Positions 49,601 to 60,180 are shown, numbered from the stretch's first letter. The stretch is DNA of 64,000 nt from Phycisphaeraceae bacterium (GCA_040905565.1 JBBDRF010000063.1:29747-93746); one strand, 5' to 3'. Notes: generated from the sequence alone by a model not told the origin. A program made the numbers and translations.

Positions 49601-51036
49601 ACCGCATCACCACCACACTGCTGCTGCTACTCACGTTGGGCCTGTCCCTGCCCGCCCTCGGCTCGAACATCGATCTGGCCACCGTGCCCGATCGCGATGC
49701 CGTTCAGCTGACCATCTACAACGCGGAAGACCTCACCCTCGTCCGCGAACGTCGGGTGCTCAGCTTCAAGGAAGGCAACAACCCGCTCCAGTTCTCGTGG
49801 GCGAACACGCTGATCGACCCCACCTCCGTCGAGATCCAGTTCATCGAGCGGCCCGACGAGCTTACCGTGCTCGATACCACCTTCCCGCACGAGCGCAAAG
49901 AGGTGCTCTATTGGAACGTGCAAAGTGATTTCACCGGCGACGCCGTCGTCGAAATCACCTACTTCACGTCCGGCATCTCCTGGGCTGCGGACTACACCGT
50001 GATCGCCGGCGAAGAGGAAGACTCCGCCCGCCTCGAAGGCCACGTCACCGTCAGGAACAACAGCGGCGAAGATTACGAAAACGCCCAGATCCGCCTCGTC
50101 GTCGGCAAGATCAACCTCGTCGAAAAGATCAGGCAGCTTGCCCAGCAGGGCATCGTTCAGGCCGGTGAACCTGATGATTCAGCGAAGCGCAATCGGGCGA
50201 TGCTTAGGGCCGTGCAGGAGGCCGAGGGAGCCAGGGGCGGTGCCGGCATGTTCGCAGAAGCTGACATGGCGCAAGCCGCTCCCAAGGAGGTCGTCAAAGA
50301 AGGGCTCAGCGAGTACTTCATCTTCACCATCGGCGGTCAGGAAACCGTGCCCGAAGGCTGGGCGAAACGGTTGAAATCCTTCGATGCGGCCGACGTGCCT
50401 CTCAACATCGAATACCGCTACCGCCCCCGCGAATACGGCGACCAACTCGTCCGCATGTACCTCATGAGAAACGACGAGGAAGCGGAGCTCGGTAACGCAC
50501 CGCTGCCCGACGGCATCGTCCGCCTCTTCCGCCGCAAGGGCGAAGCCAGCCTCTCGTATCTCACCCAGCAGAACATCCAGTACGTGCCCATCGGCGACGA
50601 CATCGAAGTCAACCTCGGCCCCGATCCCGAAGTCGTCTTTGAACTGGAAAAACAGCACGTCTTCCGTGACAACCTCTGGGGCAGGCTGCGGGCCGGCGTG
50701 CATCGTCGCCTCGATGAGCCGGGCGTCCGCGTCCAAGACGAGACTCAGATCGAAGGCTGGGATACCCACACTGTTTTCGCCCAGCACATCCGCAACTATC
50801 GCGCGGAGCCGATCCACGTCGAAGTCCGCCGCCAGTTCCACGGCGACATCACCTTCCGCAGCCCCTTCGACGCCGAGCAGCACGATTTCCAGACCGTGCA
50901 ATACGAAGCCGATGTCCCCGCCGGCGAGTCAGTCAAGCTGCTCTACCAGACCACTCAGCGCGAAGGCTACAACGCCGACGACAACCGCGTGCAGATCGAA
51001 GAAGGCGAAGTCGCCCCCGTCCCCTGGCTCCAATAA
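49597..51036 (+). CDS. Secreted DUF4139-like protein B
   Basis: Signal peptide; LTIYN..DLTLVRERR; YFTSGISWAADY; NNSGEDYENA; LGNAPLPDG; ATGA overlap with protein A. Confidence 0.78.
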   Translation: MNRITTTLLLLLTLGLSLPALGSNIDLATVPDRDAVQLTIYNAEDLTLVRERRVLSFKEGNNPLQFSWANTLIDPTSVEIQFIERPDELTVLDTTFPHERKEVLYWNVQSDFTGDAVVEITYFTSGISWAADYTVIAGEEEDSARLEGHVTVRNNSGEDYENAQIRLVVGKINLVEKIRQLAQQGIVQAGEPDDSAKRNRAMLRAVQEAEGARGGAGMFAEADMAQAAPKEVVKEGLSEYFIFTIGGQETVPEGWAKRLKSFDAADVPLNIEYRYRPREYGDQLVRMYLMRNDEEAELGNAPLPDGIVRLFRRKGEASLSYLTQQNIQYVPIGDDIEVNLGPDPEVVFELEKQHVFRDNLWGRLRAGVHRRLDEPGVRVQDETQIEGWDTHTVFAQHIRNYRAEPIHVEVRRQFHGDITFRSPFDAEQHDFQTVQYEADVPAGESVKLLYQTTQREGYNADDNRVQIEEGEVAPVPWLQ

Positions 51037-51044
51037 TCAACCCG

Positions 51045-51076
51045 AGGCCCACGGCCTAACGCCGTGGGTCTTTTTT
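51045..51076 (+). terminator. Intrinsic terminator between convergent genes
   Basis: GGCCCACGGC-CTAAC-GCCGTGGGTC-TTTTTT. Confidence 0.75.
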
Positions 51077-51092
51077 GCTCACTATCCCGTGC

Positions 51093-52007
51093 TCAGCCCT
51101 TCGCCTTCTGGTAAAGCTTCTGCGCCATCTCGAACACCTCTTCGGGGTGGTACTCCGGCGCGAACGCCGACCCGATGCCGTCCATTTCCACATGTCCGCC
51201 CATGCGGTCGGGTGGCCCGTCGACCACTTCGCACGTCCCGCCGTCGGGGCTTTCGCCGTTCCAGATCGCGTCCATGTTCTTGTAGTCGTCCGGGCTCAAG
51301 CGGTAGAGCTTCGTATGGCTGGAGATGTCCATATACTTCCTGGCTTCGGGGAAGATCTCGTTGCCGATTTTTGGGATCGGCAGCATGTCGTTCATCTTCA
51401 CGCCCGTGAGTTTTTCCAGCGCTTTGCCGTAAGCCGCCGCATGCACCCCGCCGCGCACGAACAGGTAACCGAGCATCTCGCGGGCAGCGGGATCCTTGGT
51501 CATCTGGTAAACGCGCAGCTTATTCGTGCGTGCCGTGTTTTCAAGGAAGAAGTTGTGCAGCAGGTCGAGGATCAGATTGCCGCTGCTGAAAACGTACTGC
51601 CCCGTCCACGGCATGCCGCCGGCATCCACGGGTAACGCATTGCGACCGCCCGCGATGAAGTGGTGCGGGTTGTAGTCGTTCACCGTGTCGGTGATGTCCT
51701 TGATGTTCGTCGCGGTCGGGTCACCATCCTGCGTCCCCTGAACCGGTCCGTTCAGAAGCGAGTTGATCGCCGCCCCGACCAGCTGAATGTGCCCCAGTTC
51801 TTCCGCTGCAATGTTGGCGACCAGCTCGTAATACGCGCCCAGCTTCGGCTTGCCACGCATGTTCATGCTCTGCATGAAGTAATTGTTGAACGTGGACATC
51901 TCGCCGAATCGTCCGCCCATCAGCTCCTGCACCGCCGAGGCCGACTCCGGGTCGATCTTCGTCGATTGCGGCAACTCCACAGGCAACTTATCAATGCGCA
52001 AAAACAT
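51093..52007 (-). CDS. Manganese catalase family protein
   Basis: QELMGGRFGEMST; EELGH; WTGQYVFSSGNLILDLLHNFFLE; RGGVHAAAY. Confidence 0.92.
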   Translation of the reverse strand: MFLRIDKLPVELPQSTKIDPESASAVQELMGGRFGEMSTFNNYFMQSMNMRGKPKLGAYYELVANIAAEELGHIQLVGAAINSLLNGPVQGTQDGDPTATNIKDITDTVNDYNPHHFIAGGRNALPVDAGGMPWTGQYVFSSGNLILDLLHNFFLENTARTNKLRVYQMTKDPAAREMLGYLFVRGGVHAAAYGKALEKLTGVKMNDMLPIPKIGNEIFPEARKYMDISSHTKLYRLSPDDYKNMDAIWNGESPDGGTCEVVDGPPDRMGGHVEMDGIGSAFAPEYHPEEVFEMAQKLYQKAKG

Positions 52008-52141
52008 AGATTCCCCTCCCCTTGATGAATGAACTCCCGCACCTGCCTACAGAACTTCAAGACTTCTCACTGTAGGATCCGGCACCGCGACAGACCATCG
52101 GCTCACCTTCTGCGCGACCGTTTTTCGGCAAATGCCGGAGT

Positions 52142-52316
52142 ACGAGCCGCGACCGTACGGGAGCGGATATGTCCAAATCACATGTGGAGGCGATAGGGGG
52201 GCTGGAACTGCTGATGCCCGGGTGCAGGTTGGCCCGCGGCGGTCATGAGCTTGCGACGCGTCGTCACGATACGCCGAGATCGAACGCACAACCGCTTACT
52301 GACGTGCGCGGCTCGT
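52142..52316. repeat. Inverted pair of REP-like motifs (REPIN-like, about 175 bp)
   Basis: ACGAGCCGCGACCGTACGGGAGCGG (52142-52166) versus the reverse complement of 52292-52316, ACGAGCCGCGCACGTCAGTAAGCGG; about 19 of 25 identical. Confidence 0.65.
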
Positions 52317-52388
52317 TGCCAATGGCGCGCCTCGTCAATTCACGCAACCCACAATTTGTCGCATACACCCCGGCACGCCCCGAATGGC

Positions 52389-53861
52389 CTAGACCGGCGT
52401 ACGCTCAATGAACTTCCGCGCCACCTGCCACACCGGCCCCGCGCCCATCACCACCAATAGATCGTTCGGTCGGCAGTGGTGCTTGAGGAATCGGGCGATG
52501 TCGTCAAAATCGTCAATGTTCACCGCCAGCACGCCCACTTGTTGCAGCTTGTGTGCCAGGTCCGCAGCCGACACCGCCCGCCGATCCTGCTCCGAATCCC
52601 GCACAAAATAAATCTGTGGCACGATCACCACGTCCGCCTGCGAAAAGCTTGCTGCAAACTGGTCCAGCAAAAACCGCGTCCGAGAATGCTGGTGAGGCTG
52701 AAACACGCAGATCAACCGCCCGCCGTTCTCCTCAGGTCGATGGTGCGCCCGCAGGGCCCGCAGCGTCGTATCGATCTCCGTGGGATGATGGCCGTAGTCG
52801 TCCACCACCGTCACGCCCTCATGCGTGCCCAGCAGTTGCATCCGCCGATCCAGCCCGCGGAAGTCCGTCAGCGCCTGCCCGATCGCCTCCCACTTCGCCC
52901 CCAGCCGATGCGCCGTCACCGCTGCCACGCAAGCGTTGTACGCCATATGATCGCCCGGCAGCTGGCATTCGAAGGAACACACGTCTTCCCCTCGATGCCG
53001 CAACGTCACCCGCTGATGCGGCGGCTGCCCATCACCTAACCGCGCACCGACGCCCGGCCGATCCGCCAGCACAATCTGCCAATCCGCCTGCGGCGCAAAG
53101 CCGATCGTCTCCACCGGACACGCCACGCCCGCCGTCACAGCTGTGCGGTGCGCATCCTCATGGCCGATCAACAGCGAACCGTCGGCTGCGGTCTTCTTCG
53201 CGAACTCGCCGAACGCTTCCACGATCGCATCGATCGAGTGGTAGATGTCCAGATGATCTTCTTCGACGTTGAGAATGACCGCATGCGTCGGATGGAAGTT
53301 ATGGAACGAGCGATCGTACTCGCACGCCTCGCCGATCAGCATGTCCGGCCGCCCCGCCCGCGCCCCGCCGCCGATCTGCTCGCAGGTCGCACCGACGATG
53401 AACGTCGGATCGCACTCCGCCTGAATCAGCGTATGGGCCAGCATCGCCGTCGTCGTACTCTTGCCGTGGGTGCCCGCAATCGCCACGCCCAGTCGGCCGA
53501 GCATGAGCCGGCCGAGCAGCTGAGCGTATTTCAGCACAGGCAGCCCGCGCCGGTTCGCCTCGACGAGTTCCGGATGGTCCGCCTTGATCGCCGCCGAGGC
53601 CACCACCAGGTCACAGCTTTCGGGAACAGTATCCGTCGCCTGCCGAAGCAGCACGGGGATCTTCGCCGCGGTCAGCGCTTCGGTCCATGGGGTGGCCGTG
53701 GTGTCCGTGCCGCCGCAGTCCGCGCCGAGCGCCCGGCAGATTTTCGCCAGGCCCGACATCCCGCAGCCGCCGATGCCCACGAAATGCAGTCGACGCCCCG
53801 CCAGATGCAGCGGCCCGCCCGACGCGATTTCGTCCGTGATACGCGTTCCAAGTTGTGACAT
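52389..53861 (-). CDS. murC: UDP-N-acetylmuramate--L-alanine ligase
   Basis: HFVGIGGCGMSGLA; AGTHGKSTTT; EACEYD; DDYGHHPTEI; FQPHQHSRT; MGAG. Confidence 0.95.
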   Translation of the reverse strand: MSQLGTRITDEIASGGPLHLAGRRLHFVGIGGCGMSGLAKICRALGADCGGTDTTATPWTEALTAAKIPVLLRQATDTVPESCDLVVASAAIKADHPELVEANRRGLPVLKYAQLLGRLMLGRLGVAIAGTHGKSTTTAMLAHTLIQAECDPTFIVGATCEQIGGGARAGRPDMLIGEACEYDRSFHNFHPTHAVILNVEEDHLDIYHSIDAIVEAFGEFAKKTAADGSLLIGHEDAHRTAVTAGVACPVETIGFAPQADWQIVLADRPGVGARLGDGQPPHQRVTLRHRGEDVCSFECQLPGDHMAYNACVAAVTAHRLGAKWEAIGQALTDFRGLDRRMQLLGTHEGVTVVDDYGHHPTEIDTTLRALRAHHRPEENGGRLICVFQPHQHSRTRFLLDQFAASFSQADVVIVPQIYFVRDSEQDRRAVSAADLAHKLQQVGVLAVNIDDFDDIARFLKHHCRPNDLLVVMGAGPVWQVARKFIERTPV

Positions 53862-54036
53862 ATCTCTCTTCTTCGGTAACCCGCCCCTCACCAGACCAAA
53901 GTTACCCCAGCCGCCCCATGATAACCGGCTCAATTCGAACCCGCGACCTGCGCATGGGAAAGGCTCTCGAGGGCGTCGACATGCCGTAAATCGCGACTGA
54001 CAAATTGCCTACACGTTACGTATGGGGCAAGGTGTC

Positions 54037-55491
54037 TCATGTCATGATGTCGTGAACCAGTTCGCCGTGGACGTCTGTCAGGCGGAAGTCGCGGCCCTGG
54101 AACCGGTAGGTGAGGCGGGTGTGCTCGATGCCCATCAGGCGAAGGATGGTTGCGTGGAGATCGTGGACGTGGACGGGATTGTGGGCGACGCTGTAGCCGA
54201 GTTCGTCCGTGGCTCCGTACGTGATGCCCGGCTTGATGCCCGCACCGGCCATCCACATCGAGAAAGCGCGCATGTGATGGTCGCGCCCGTTGCCTTGGGC
54301 CATCGGCGTGCGGCCGAACTCGGTGCCGAAAACGATCAGGGTATCTTCGAGCATGCCGCGTTGTTTGAGATCGGTCACCAGCGCGGCAGTGCCCTGGTCA
54401 ACTTCGTCGGCACTGCCTTTGACGTGGTCTTTGATGGCGCCGTGGTGGTCCCAGTCGCGGTGGTAGAGCTGGATGAACCTGGTGCCGCGTTCGGCGAGGC
54501 GGCGGGCGAGCAGGCAGTTTGAGGCGAACGAGCCGTCGCCGCCGCGGGTGCCGTACATGTCGAGGATGTGCTCGGGTTCGTCGGAGGTATCCATCAACTC
54601 CGGGACGCTTGCCTGCATGCGGAACGCCATTTCGTACTGCGCGATGCGTGTCTGAATTTCCGGGTCGTTCATCTGCGTCTGATGCTGCTGGTTGAGTGCC
54701 GCCACGGTGCTGACGACATCCTCCTGGCGCTTCGCGTTCACACCGTCCGGATTGTTGACATAGAGGACCGGGTCCCCGGCGGCGCGGAACTGCACGCCCT
54801 GAAACTGGCTGGGCAGGAACCCTGAATGCCACTGGCGCGACGCGATGGGCTGCGCCTGGCCGTACTTGCCAGTGGAGATCATGACCACGAAGCCGGGCAG
54901 GTTTGCCGTTTCCGCACCAAGTCCGTAAAGCAGCCATGAGCCCATCGCCGGATTGCCCGAGATCATGTGCCCGGTGTTCATGAACGTATGGGCGGGATCG
55001 TGATTGATCGCGTCGGTGTGCATGGATCGGATGATGCACATGTCGTCAGCGAGGGCGTGGGCAGTTTTGGAAAAGATCGAATTGATCTGCTGACCGCTCT
55101 GACCCCAGCTCTTGAAGGGATGCTGAGGTGCGAAGCATCGAAGCTCCGAGCCCTGAAGCTGCGCCAGTTGCTGACCCTTGGTGAACGAGTCGGGCATGGG
55201 CTGGCCATCCATCTCCGCAAGCTTCGGCTTGGGATCGAAGCTCTCCAGATGACTCATCCCGCCGGCCATGTACAGCCAGATCACCCGCTTAACTTTCGGG
55301 GTGTAATGAAGCGGATCGACCACGCCGTTCCAGCGGGGTGCGTTCGTCGCGGCCGCGGCCCCCGCCCCGAAAAGCGAAGGGTTCAGCAGCGAACCCAGCG
55401 CGAGCGTTCCCAGGCTGGCGCGGCCGAGGAAGGCGCGGCGGTTGGTCTGCATCTGCAACGGATTCAGCGCATGGAGGTTGGGGCTATGCAT
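54037..55491 (-). CDS. DUF1501 (sulfatase-like) protein with Tat signal
   Basis: NRRAFL; YMAGGMSHLESFDPKP; WDHH; EFGRTP; GRDH; HVHDLHATIL. Confidence 0.9.
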   Translation of the reverse strand: MHSPNLHALNPLQMQTNRRAFLGRASLGTLALGSLLNPSLFGAGAAAATNAPRWNGVVDPLHYTPKVKRVIWLYMAGGMSHLESFDPKPKLAEMDGQPMPDSFTKGQQLAQLQGSELRCFAPQHPFKSWGQSGQQINSIFSKTAHALADDMCIIRSMHTDAINHDPAHTFMNTGHMISGNPAMGSWLLYGLGAETANLPGFVVMISTGKYGQAQPIASRQWHSGFLPSQFQGVQFRAAGDPVLYVNNPDGVNAKRQEDVVSTVAALNQQHQTQMNDPEIQTRIAQYEMAFRMQASVPELMDTSDEPEHILDMYGTRGGDGSFASNCLLARRLAERGTRFIQLYHRDWDHHGAIKDHVKGSADEVDQGTAALVTDLKQRGMLEDTLIVFGTEFGRTPMAQGNGRDHHMRAFSMWMAGAGIKPGITYGATDELGYSVAHNPVHVHDLHATILRLMGIEHTRLTYRFQGRDFRLTDVHGELVHDIMT

Positions 55492-55495
55492 CGGA

Positions 55496-58400
55496 TCAGT
55501 ACCTCGTAATCGTTTCATGCAGGTTCAGGATGACGCGGGCGACGCTGGTCCAGGCGGCTACTTCCACGGCGTCAAGATCTTCCGCCGCCGCGCGTTCGCC
55601 GATCGTGATGAGTTCGGCCGCTTCGCCGGGATCGTTGCGGTACTCTGCCAGGTGCTGCCGATAAAGATCCGTCAGCAGGCGACGTTCGTCATCCTGCGGT
55701 TCACGTGACAGGGCATGGCGAAACGCAAAGCTTAGGCGGGCGTCGGTGTCGGGCTCAGCCTCGCTGAGAATGCGTTCGGCGAAGACGCGAGCGGCCTCGA
55801 CGTAGGTGGGGTCGTTCAGCAGCACCAGCGCCTGCAGCGGCGTGTTGGACTGGGGCCGTTCAGCGGTACATGTCTCACGGGCCGGGGCATCGAATGCCAT
55901 CAGGCTGGGGTGCAGGTATTGCCGCTGCCAGTGGGTGTAGAGGCCGCGTCGCCAGAGGTTGACGCCCGTGTCCTGCTGGTACTTTCGGGTGGGGAAGTTG
56001 AGCATCGCGTAGTAGCCGGGAGGCTGGTACGGTCGCACGCTGCGGCCACCGACGATCGGCTCCAACAGGCCACTGATCTTCAGGGCGTTGTCTCGCAGCA
56101 GTTCGGCGTCGATACGGAAGCGGGACTGCCGTGCAAGCAGGCGGTTGAACGGGTCGCGTTCGGCGAGATGAGAATCGCTTTGCGATGTCTGGCGATAGGT
56201 CGACGAAGTCACGATGGTACGGATCATGTGCTTAACGTCCCACCCGCTGTCGACGAACTGCATCGCGAGGTAATCAAGCAGTTCGGGGTGGGTTGGCCAT
56301 TCGCCCTGCGAGCCGAGGTCGTCGAGATTTTCTGACAGCCCCGTGTTGAAGTACATCGCCCAGAGCCGGTTCATGAAGACGCGTGCGGTGAGGGGGTTTT
56401 CGCGGGAGACCAGCCAGTTGGCCAGATCGAGCCGCGTGAGCCGTTCGCCCTCTGGCTGCTCCGGCTGCGGGAGGAAGTGTGGCACGCCCGGCTGAACGAT
56501 TTCGCCAGAGGTGTCGGTCCAGTCACCTCGCGGAAGCACACGAATCTCCATGGGTTCGGTGGGGACGGTGGCGACCATCCGTGGGGCGGCCTCCGTCGTT
56601 GCCTGCTGCTGCCGTTCGAGGTCCTGCACAAGCTGGCGTTCCTCGGCCAGCATCGGCGTCGTCGCGCGGAAGCGTTCAGCAAGCTTTGCCTGATGTTCAG
56701 CAGTGCGATCCTCGGCTGGGGTATCGAGAATCTCCGCGAGTTCCGGCGCCCAATCCGTGGCACGGACGGGGGGCGGTTCGTCGGTCACGGCGAGGCGGAA
56801 GCGGCCGATGGCGTGGTGGCTGCTGTACAGCTGCTCCATGCGGATGTGAAGCGTAGCCGGACCACCCTTAACGATAGGTTCGACGACTTCGAACACGGCG
56901 GTGTTGCTCTGGCCGGCTTGGGGAAGAATCGCCCAGCCGTGATTCGGGGGCGAGTCGGGATCAAGCGAAACGCTCGGGGTGTGCTGCTCCGCCTGAGCGT
57001 GTGTATGCGTCGCATTGTGAAGCGCGACAGGTTGACGTTCGCCGTCGCGTTCCAGCTCAACGATGAAGTTGGTCAGTACGAAGTTGCCGTTGCCAGCTCG
57101 GCCGGGCCCCTGCGAAGGCAACGATTCATGCGGAAGGACGTCCAGGCGAATGGCGGTCACGTTCTCCTGATCCAGCGGCAGGCTGAGCTCGTACGTGCTG
57201 TGCTCGCCCTGATCGCCAGTCGCCAGCACGGAGCCGTCGTCGAGGGTCTTCAGGGACGCGCCGCCCTTGTCATGGAGGCTGGCAAACGCAAGCACCTTCC
57301 AGTTCGGCTGTGCAGACGCTTCCCATTCCGCCATCGCCTGACGCAGTTCGGGTGTCTCGCGGTGCAATGCCTCTCGAGCAACGGCAAGCTCGCGTTCGAT
57401 GCGGGCCAATTCCGCCTGCTGCTGCTCGCTGGGAACGCGCATGTGCTCGCCCCATTTGCCGCCGTGGTAAATGCCCATCTGCTTGACGTCTGCGAAGAAC
57501 GCGGAGAAGCGGTAGAAATCTTCAATAGAGAATGGGTCGTATTTGTGGTCGTGGCACTCAGCACAGCCAAGCGTTGTGCCCATCCAGACGGCGCTGGCAT
57601 TGCGTACCCGGTCGGCCTGATAGCGCAGCAGGTATTCGCGATCCTGCCCGCCGCCCTCGCCGGACATCATGCCCAGACGGTTGTAGGCCGCCCCGACGCG
57701 CTGCTCCTGCGTCGGGTTTTCCAGCAGATCGCCAGCCAACTGCTCACGCGTGAACTGATCAAAAGGCTTGTTCTCATTGAAGGCGTTGATGACATAATCG
57801 CGGTACGGCCAGACCGTAACCTCCTGATCGCCGTGATAGCCGACGGTGTCGGCATAGCGGACCAGATCCAGCCAGTACATCCCCATGCGCTCGCCGAAGT
57901 GAGGCGAATCGAGCAGGCGGTCAACCAACCGCTCGTAAGCATCGGGACGCTCATCATTGAGGAAAGCATCCACTTCTTCGGGCGTGGGGGGCAGGCCGAT
58001 GAGGTCGAAGCTAAGCCGACGGATAAGCGTGCGGCGATCGGCCTGGGGCGAGGGGTGAAGATCGGCTTTTTCAAGCTTACGGAGGACGAACGCGTCGATT
58101 GCGTTGCGCGCCCATGGCTCATGCTGCGCATCCACTGCCGGAGCGGCTGGGGCGCTTGGCTGAACGAACGACCAGTGATCCTCCCAGATAGCGCCCTGCT
58201 CGATCCATCGCTGAATCAGCGTGATTTCCTCATCGCTCAGCTGCCGTTTGTGATCGGGTGGCGGCATCTGATCGATGGCGTCGTCGGCGGTGATGCGCCA
58301 GAAAATCTCGCTCGCTTCGAGGTCGCCCGGCACGACGGCGGCATAGCCACCGCGATCGGCGAATATCTCCGCCTCGTCATCCAGCCTCAGGTCGCCCTCG

Positions 58401-58606
58401 CGCGCGTCGGCGTCAAAACCATGACAACTGAAGCAGGCATCGGAAAGGATCGGCCGAATATCGCGATTGAACCGGACGGGCCTTTCACCTGCGTCCCCGG
58501 GTCCGACCTCCTCCGCACGGGCCGGTGTGCCGGGATGCCCGGTGAGCATCAACAACAGGACCATTCCCGCACCGGCGCCAAGCGCCAGCGTCGCATGTAT
58601 ATTCAT
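55496..58606 (-). CDS. Planctomycete cytochrome c / DUF1549 / DUF1553 protein
   Basis: FNRDIRPILSDACFSCHG; CAECHDHKYDP; NPLTARVFMNRLW; PTHPELLD; NTPLQALVLLND. Confidence 0.92.
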   Translation of the reverse strand: MNIHATLALGAGAGMVLLLMLTGHPGTPARAEEVGPGDAGERPVRFNRDIRPILSDACFSCHGFDADAREGDLRLDDEAEIFADRGGYAAVVPGDLEASEIFWRITADDAIDQMPPPDHKRQLSDEEITLIQRWIEQGAIWEDHWSFVQPSAPAAPAVDAQHEPWARNAIDAFVLRKLEKADLHPSPQADRRTLIRRLSFDLIGLPPTPEEVDAFLNDERPDAYERLVDRLLDSPHFGERMGMYWLDLVRYADTVGYHGDQEVTVWPYRDYVINAFNENKPFDQFTREQLAGDLLENPTQEQRVGAAYNRLGMMSGEGGGQDREYLLRYQADRVRNASAVWMGTTLGCAECHDHKYDPFSIEDFYRFSAFFADVKQMGIYHGGKWGEHMRVPSEQQQAELARIERELAVAREALHRETPELRQAMAEWEASAQPNWKVLAFASLHDKGGASLKTLDDGSVLATGDQGEHSTYELSLPLDQENVTAIRLDVLPHESLPSQGPGRAGNGNFVLTNFIVELERDGERQPVALHNATHTHAQAEQHTPSVSLDPDSPPNHGWAILPQAGQSNTAVFEVVEPIVKGGPATLHIRMEQLYSSHHAIGRFRLAVTDEPPPVRATDWAPELAEILDTPAEDRTAEHQAKLAERFRATTPMLAEERQLVQDLERQQQATTEAAPRMVATVPTEPMEIRVLPRGDWTDTSGEIVQPGVPHFLPQPEQPEGERLTRLDLANWLVSRENPLTARVFMNRLWAMYFNTGLSENLDDLGSQGEWPTHPELLDYLAMQFVDSGWDVKHMIRTIVTSSTYRQTSQSDSHLAERDPFNRLLARQSRFRIDAELLRDNALKISGLLEPIVGGRSVRPYQPPGYYAMLNFPTRKYQQDTGVNLWRRGLYTHWQRQYLHPSLMAFDAPARETCTAERPQSNTPLQALVLLNDPTYVEAARVFAERILSEAEPDTDARLSFAFRHALSREPQDDERRLLTDLYRQHLAEYRNDPGEAAELITIGERAAAEDLDAVEVAAWTSVARVILNLHETITRY

Positions 58607-58965
58607 AAGGAACCTCCAGATGTTTAATCACCGTATCGGCTCCAACGACGCGCGGCAACAAGCCATTGATGCTCGTCTCACCGCCGGCACGGTCTGCCCA
58701 GATGCATAAGCCGAAGATCGATACACAATTCGTTTGAAGGCAAATAATTGCTCTTCAGCCAGCAGCCCCGCAAGCCAGGGGCGCACTAGAAGTTGATAAT
58801 TGCGAGATTGTAAAGTCGTAAGTAAATCATGAAGCGTCGGGCGAGCGTCATGATACACTCACAGGCGCAAAGTGCCCGGCCCCGCCAGAGGCGGCAACAG
58901 ATGTATGTTTATCATCAGACTATCGCGCCCTTGTGAGGGTTTGCGATCCGCGAAGAGAGGAACCC

Positions 58966-60180
58966 ATGATGCGAAATTCATGCCTGCTGGCACTGGTTCT
59001 TGCCGTGCAGCTGCCGATCGGTGTCGCGTTCGGCGATGCTGGTGAAAGTACTGTTTTCCAGCGCGTTACATTATCGCAGTCGTTCTACAGCGAGGGCGCT
59101 AATTTTGCGGACATCAACGGCAACGGGCACATGGATATCGTCTCCGGCCCGTTCTGGTGGGAAGGTCCGGACTTCCAGCGCCGCCACGCGTACTACCAGC
59201 AGGAGCCGATCGACCCGGCCAGCTACTCCGAGCATTTTTTCACCTACACGCATGACCTCAACGGCAGCGGGTATCCCGACGTGCTGGTGATCGGCTTCCC
59301 CGGTCAGGAAGCGCGATGGTATGAAAACCCCGGCCCCGAGGGCCATGACAGTGACTGGCCCGTGCACATCGTTTTCGAGGTGGTGGATAACGAATCGCCG
59401 ATGTTTGCCGACATCACCGGCGACGGCAAGCCTGAAATCATCTGCAGCACCGAAGGCGCGTTCGGCTACCTGCGCGTGAATTGGGAGAAGCCGACGGAAC
59501 CGTGGACCTTTCACGCCATCTCACCGCCGGGGCCTGCGGGCGGTCGCTTCACCCACGGCATCGGCATCGGGGACGTCAACGGCGACGGCCGAATGGATCT
59601 GCTGGAAAAGAACGGCTGGTGGGAGCAACCTGAATCACGCGAGGGCGATCCCCTATGGCAGCACCACCCGTTTGAATTCACACCCGTCGGCGGAGCGCAG
59701 ATGTACGCGTACGACGTCAACGGCGACGGCCGAAACGACATCATCACTTCCCTGCATGCGCACGCCTGGGGCCTGGCCTGGTTTGAACAGATCGACGACG
59801 GCGAAGGCGGCATCACCTTTCGCCGGCACGACATCATGACCGAGTCGCCTGACGATAACCCCTACGGCCTCGCCATCAGTCAACTGCATGCGATCGAACT
59901 GGCCGACATGAACGGCGACGGCGTGAAGGAAATTGTGACGGGCAAACGCTGGTGGGCGCACGGCGGCAACGATCCCGGTGGCGATGCCCCTGCCGTGTTG
60001 TATTACTTCGCGCTCGAACGCCATGAGAACGGCGAGGTGACATGGGTGCCCCATGAGATCGATGACGATTCCGGCGTCGGCACACAACTGGTAGTCGGTG
60101 ACGTGAGCGGCAACGGCTTGATGGACGTGGTCATCGGCAACAAGAAGGGCACGTTTGTCCACCTGCAAAAACGCCCGTGA
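58966..60180 (+). CDS. Secreted FG-GAP/VCBS repeat protein
   Basis: Signal peptide; repeated D(I/L/V/M)NGDG..D Ca-binding motifs. Confidence 0.88.
   Translation: MMRNSCLLALVLAVQLPIGVAFGDAGESTVFQRVTLSQSFYSEGANFADINGNGHMDIVSGPFWWEGPDFQRRHAYYQQEPIDPASYSEHFFTYTHDLNGSGYPDVLVIGFPGQEARWYENPGPEGHDSDWPVHIVFEVVDNESPMFADITGDGKPEIICSTEGAFGYLRVNWEKPTEPWTFHAISPPGPAGGRFTHGIGIGDVNGDGRMDLLEKNGWWEQPESREGDPLWQHHPFEFTPVGGAQMYAYDVNGDGRNDIITSLHAHAWGLAWFEQIDDGEGGITFRRHDIMTESPDDNPYGLAISQLHAIELADMNGDGVKEIVTGKRWWAHGGNDPGGDAPAVLYYFALERHENGEVTWVPHEIDDDSGVGTQLVVGDVSGNGLMDVVIGNKKGTFVHLQKRP

Noticed and set aside
56477..58627. 716-aa plus-strand ORF
   Set aside because: Antisense to the DUF1549/DUF1553 gene; no independent coding signal.
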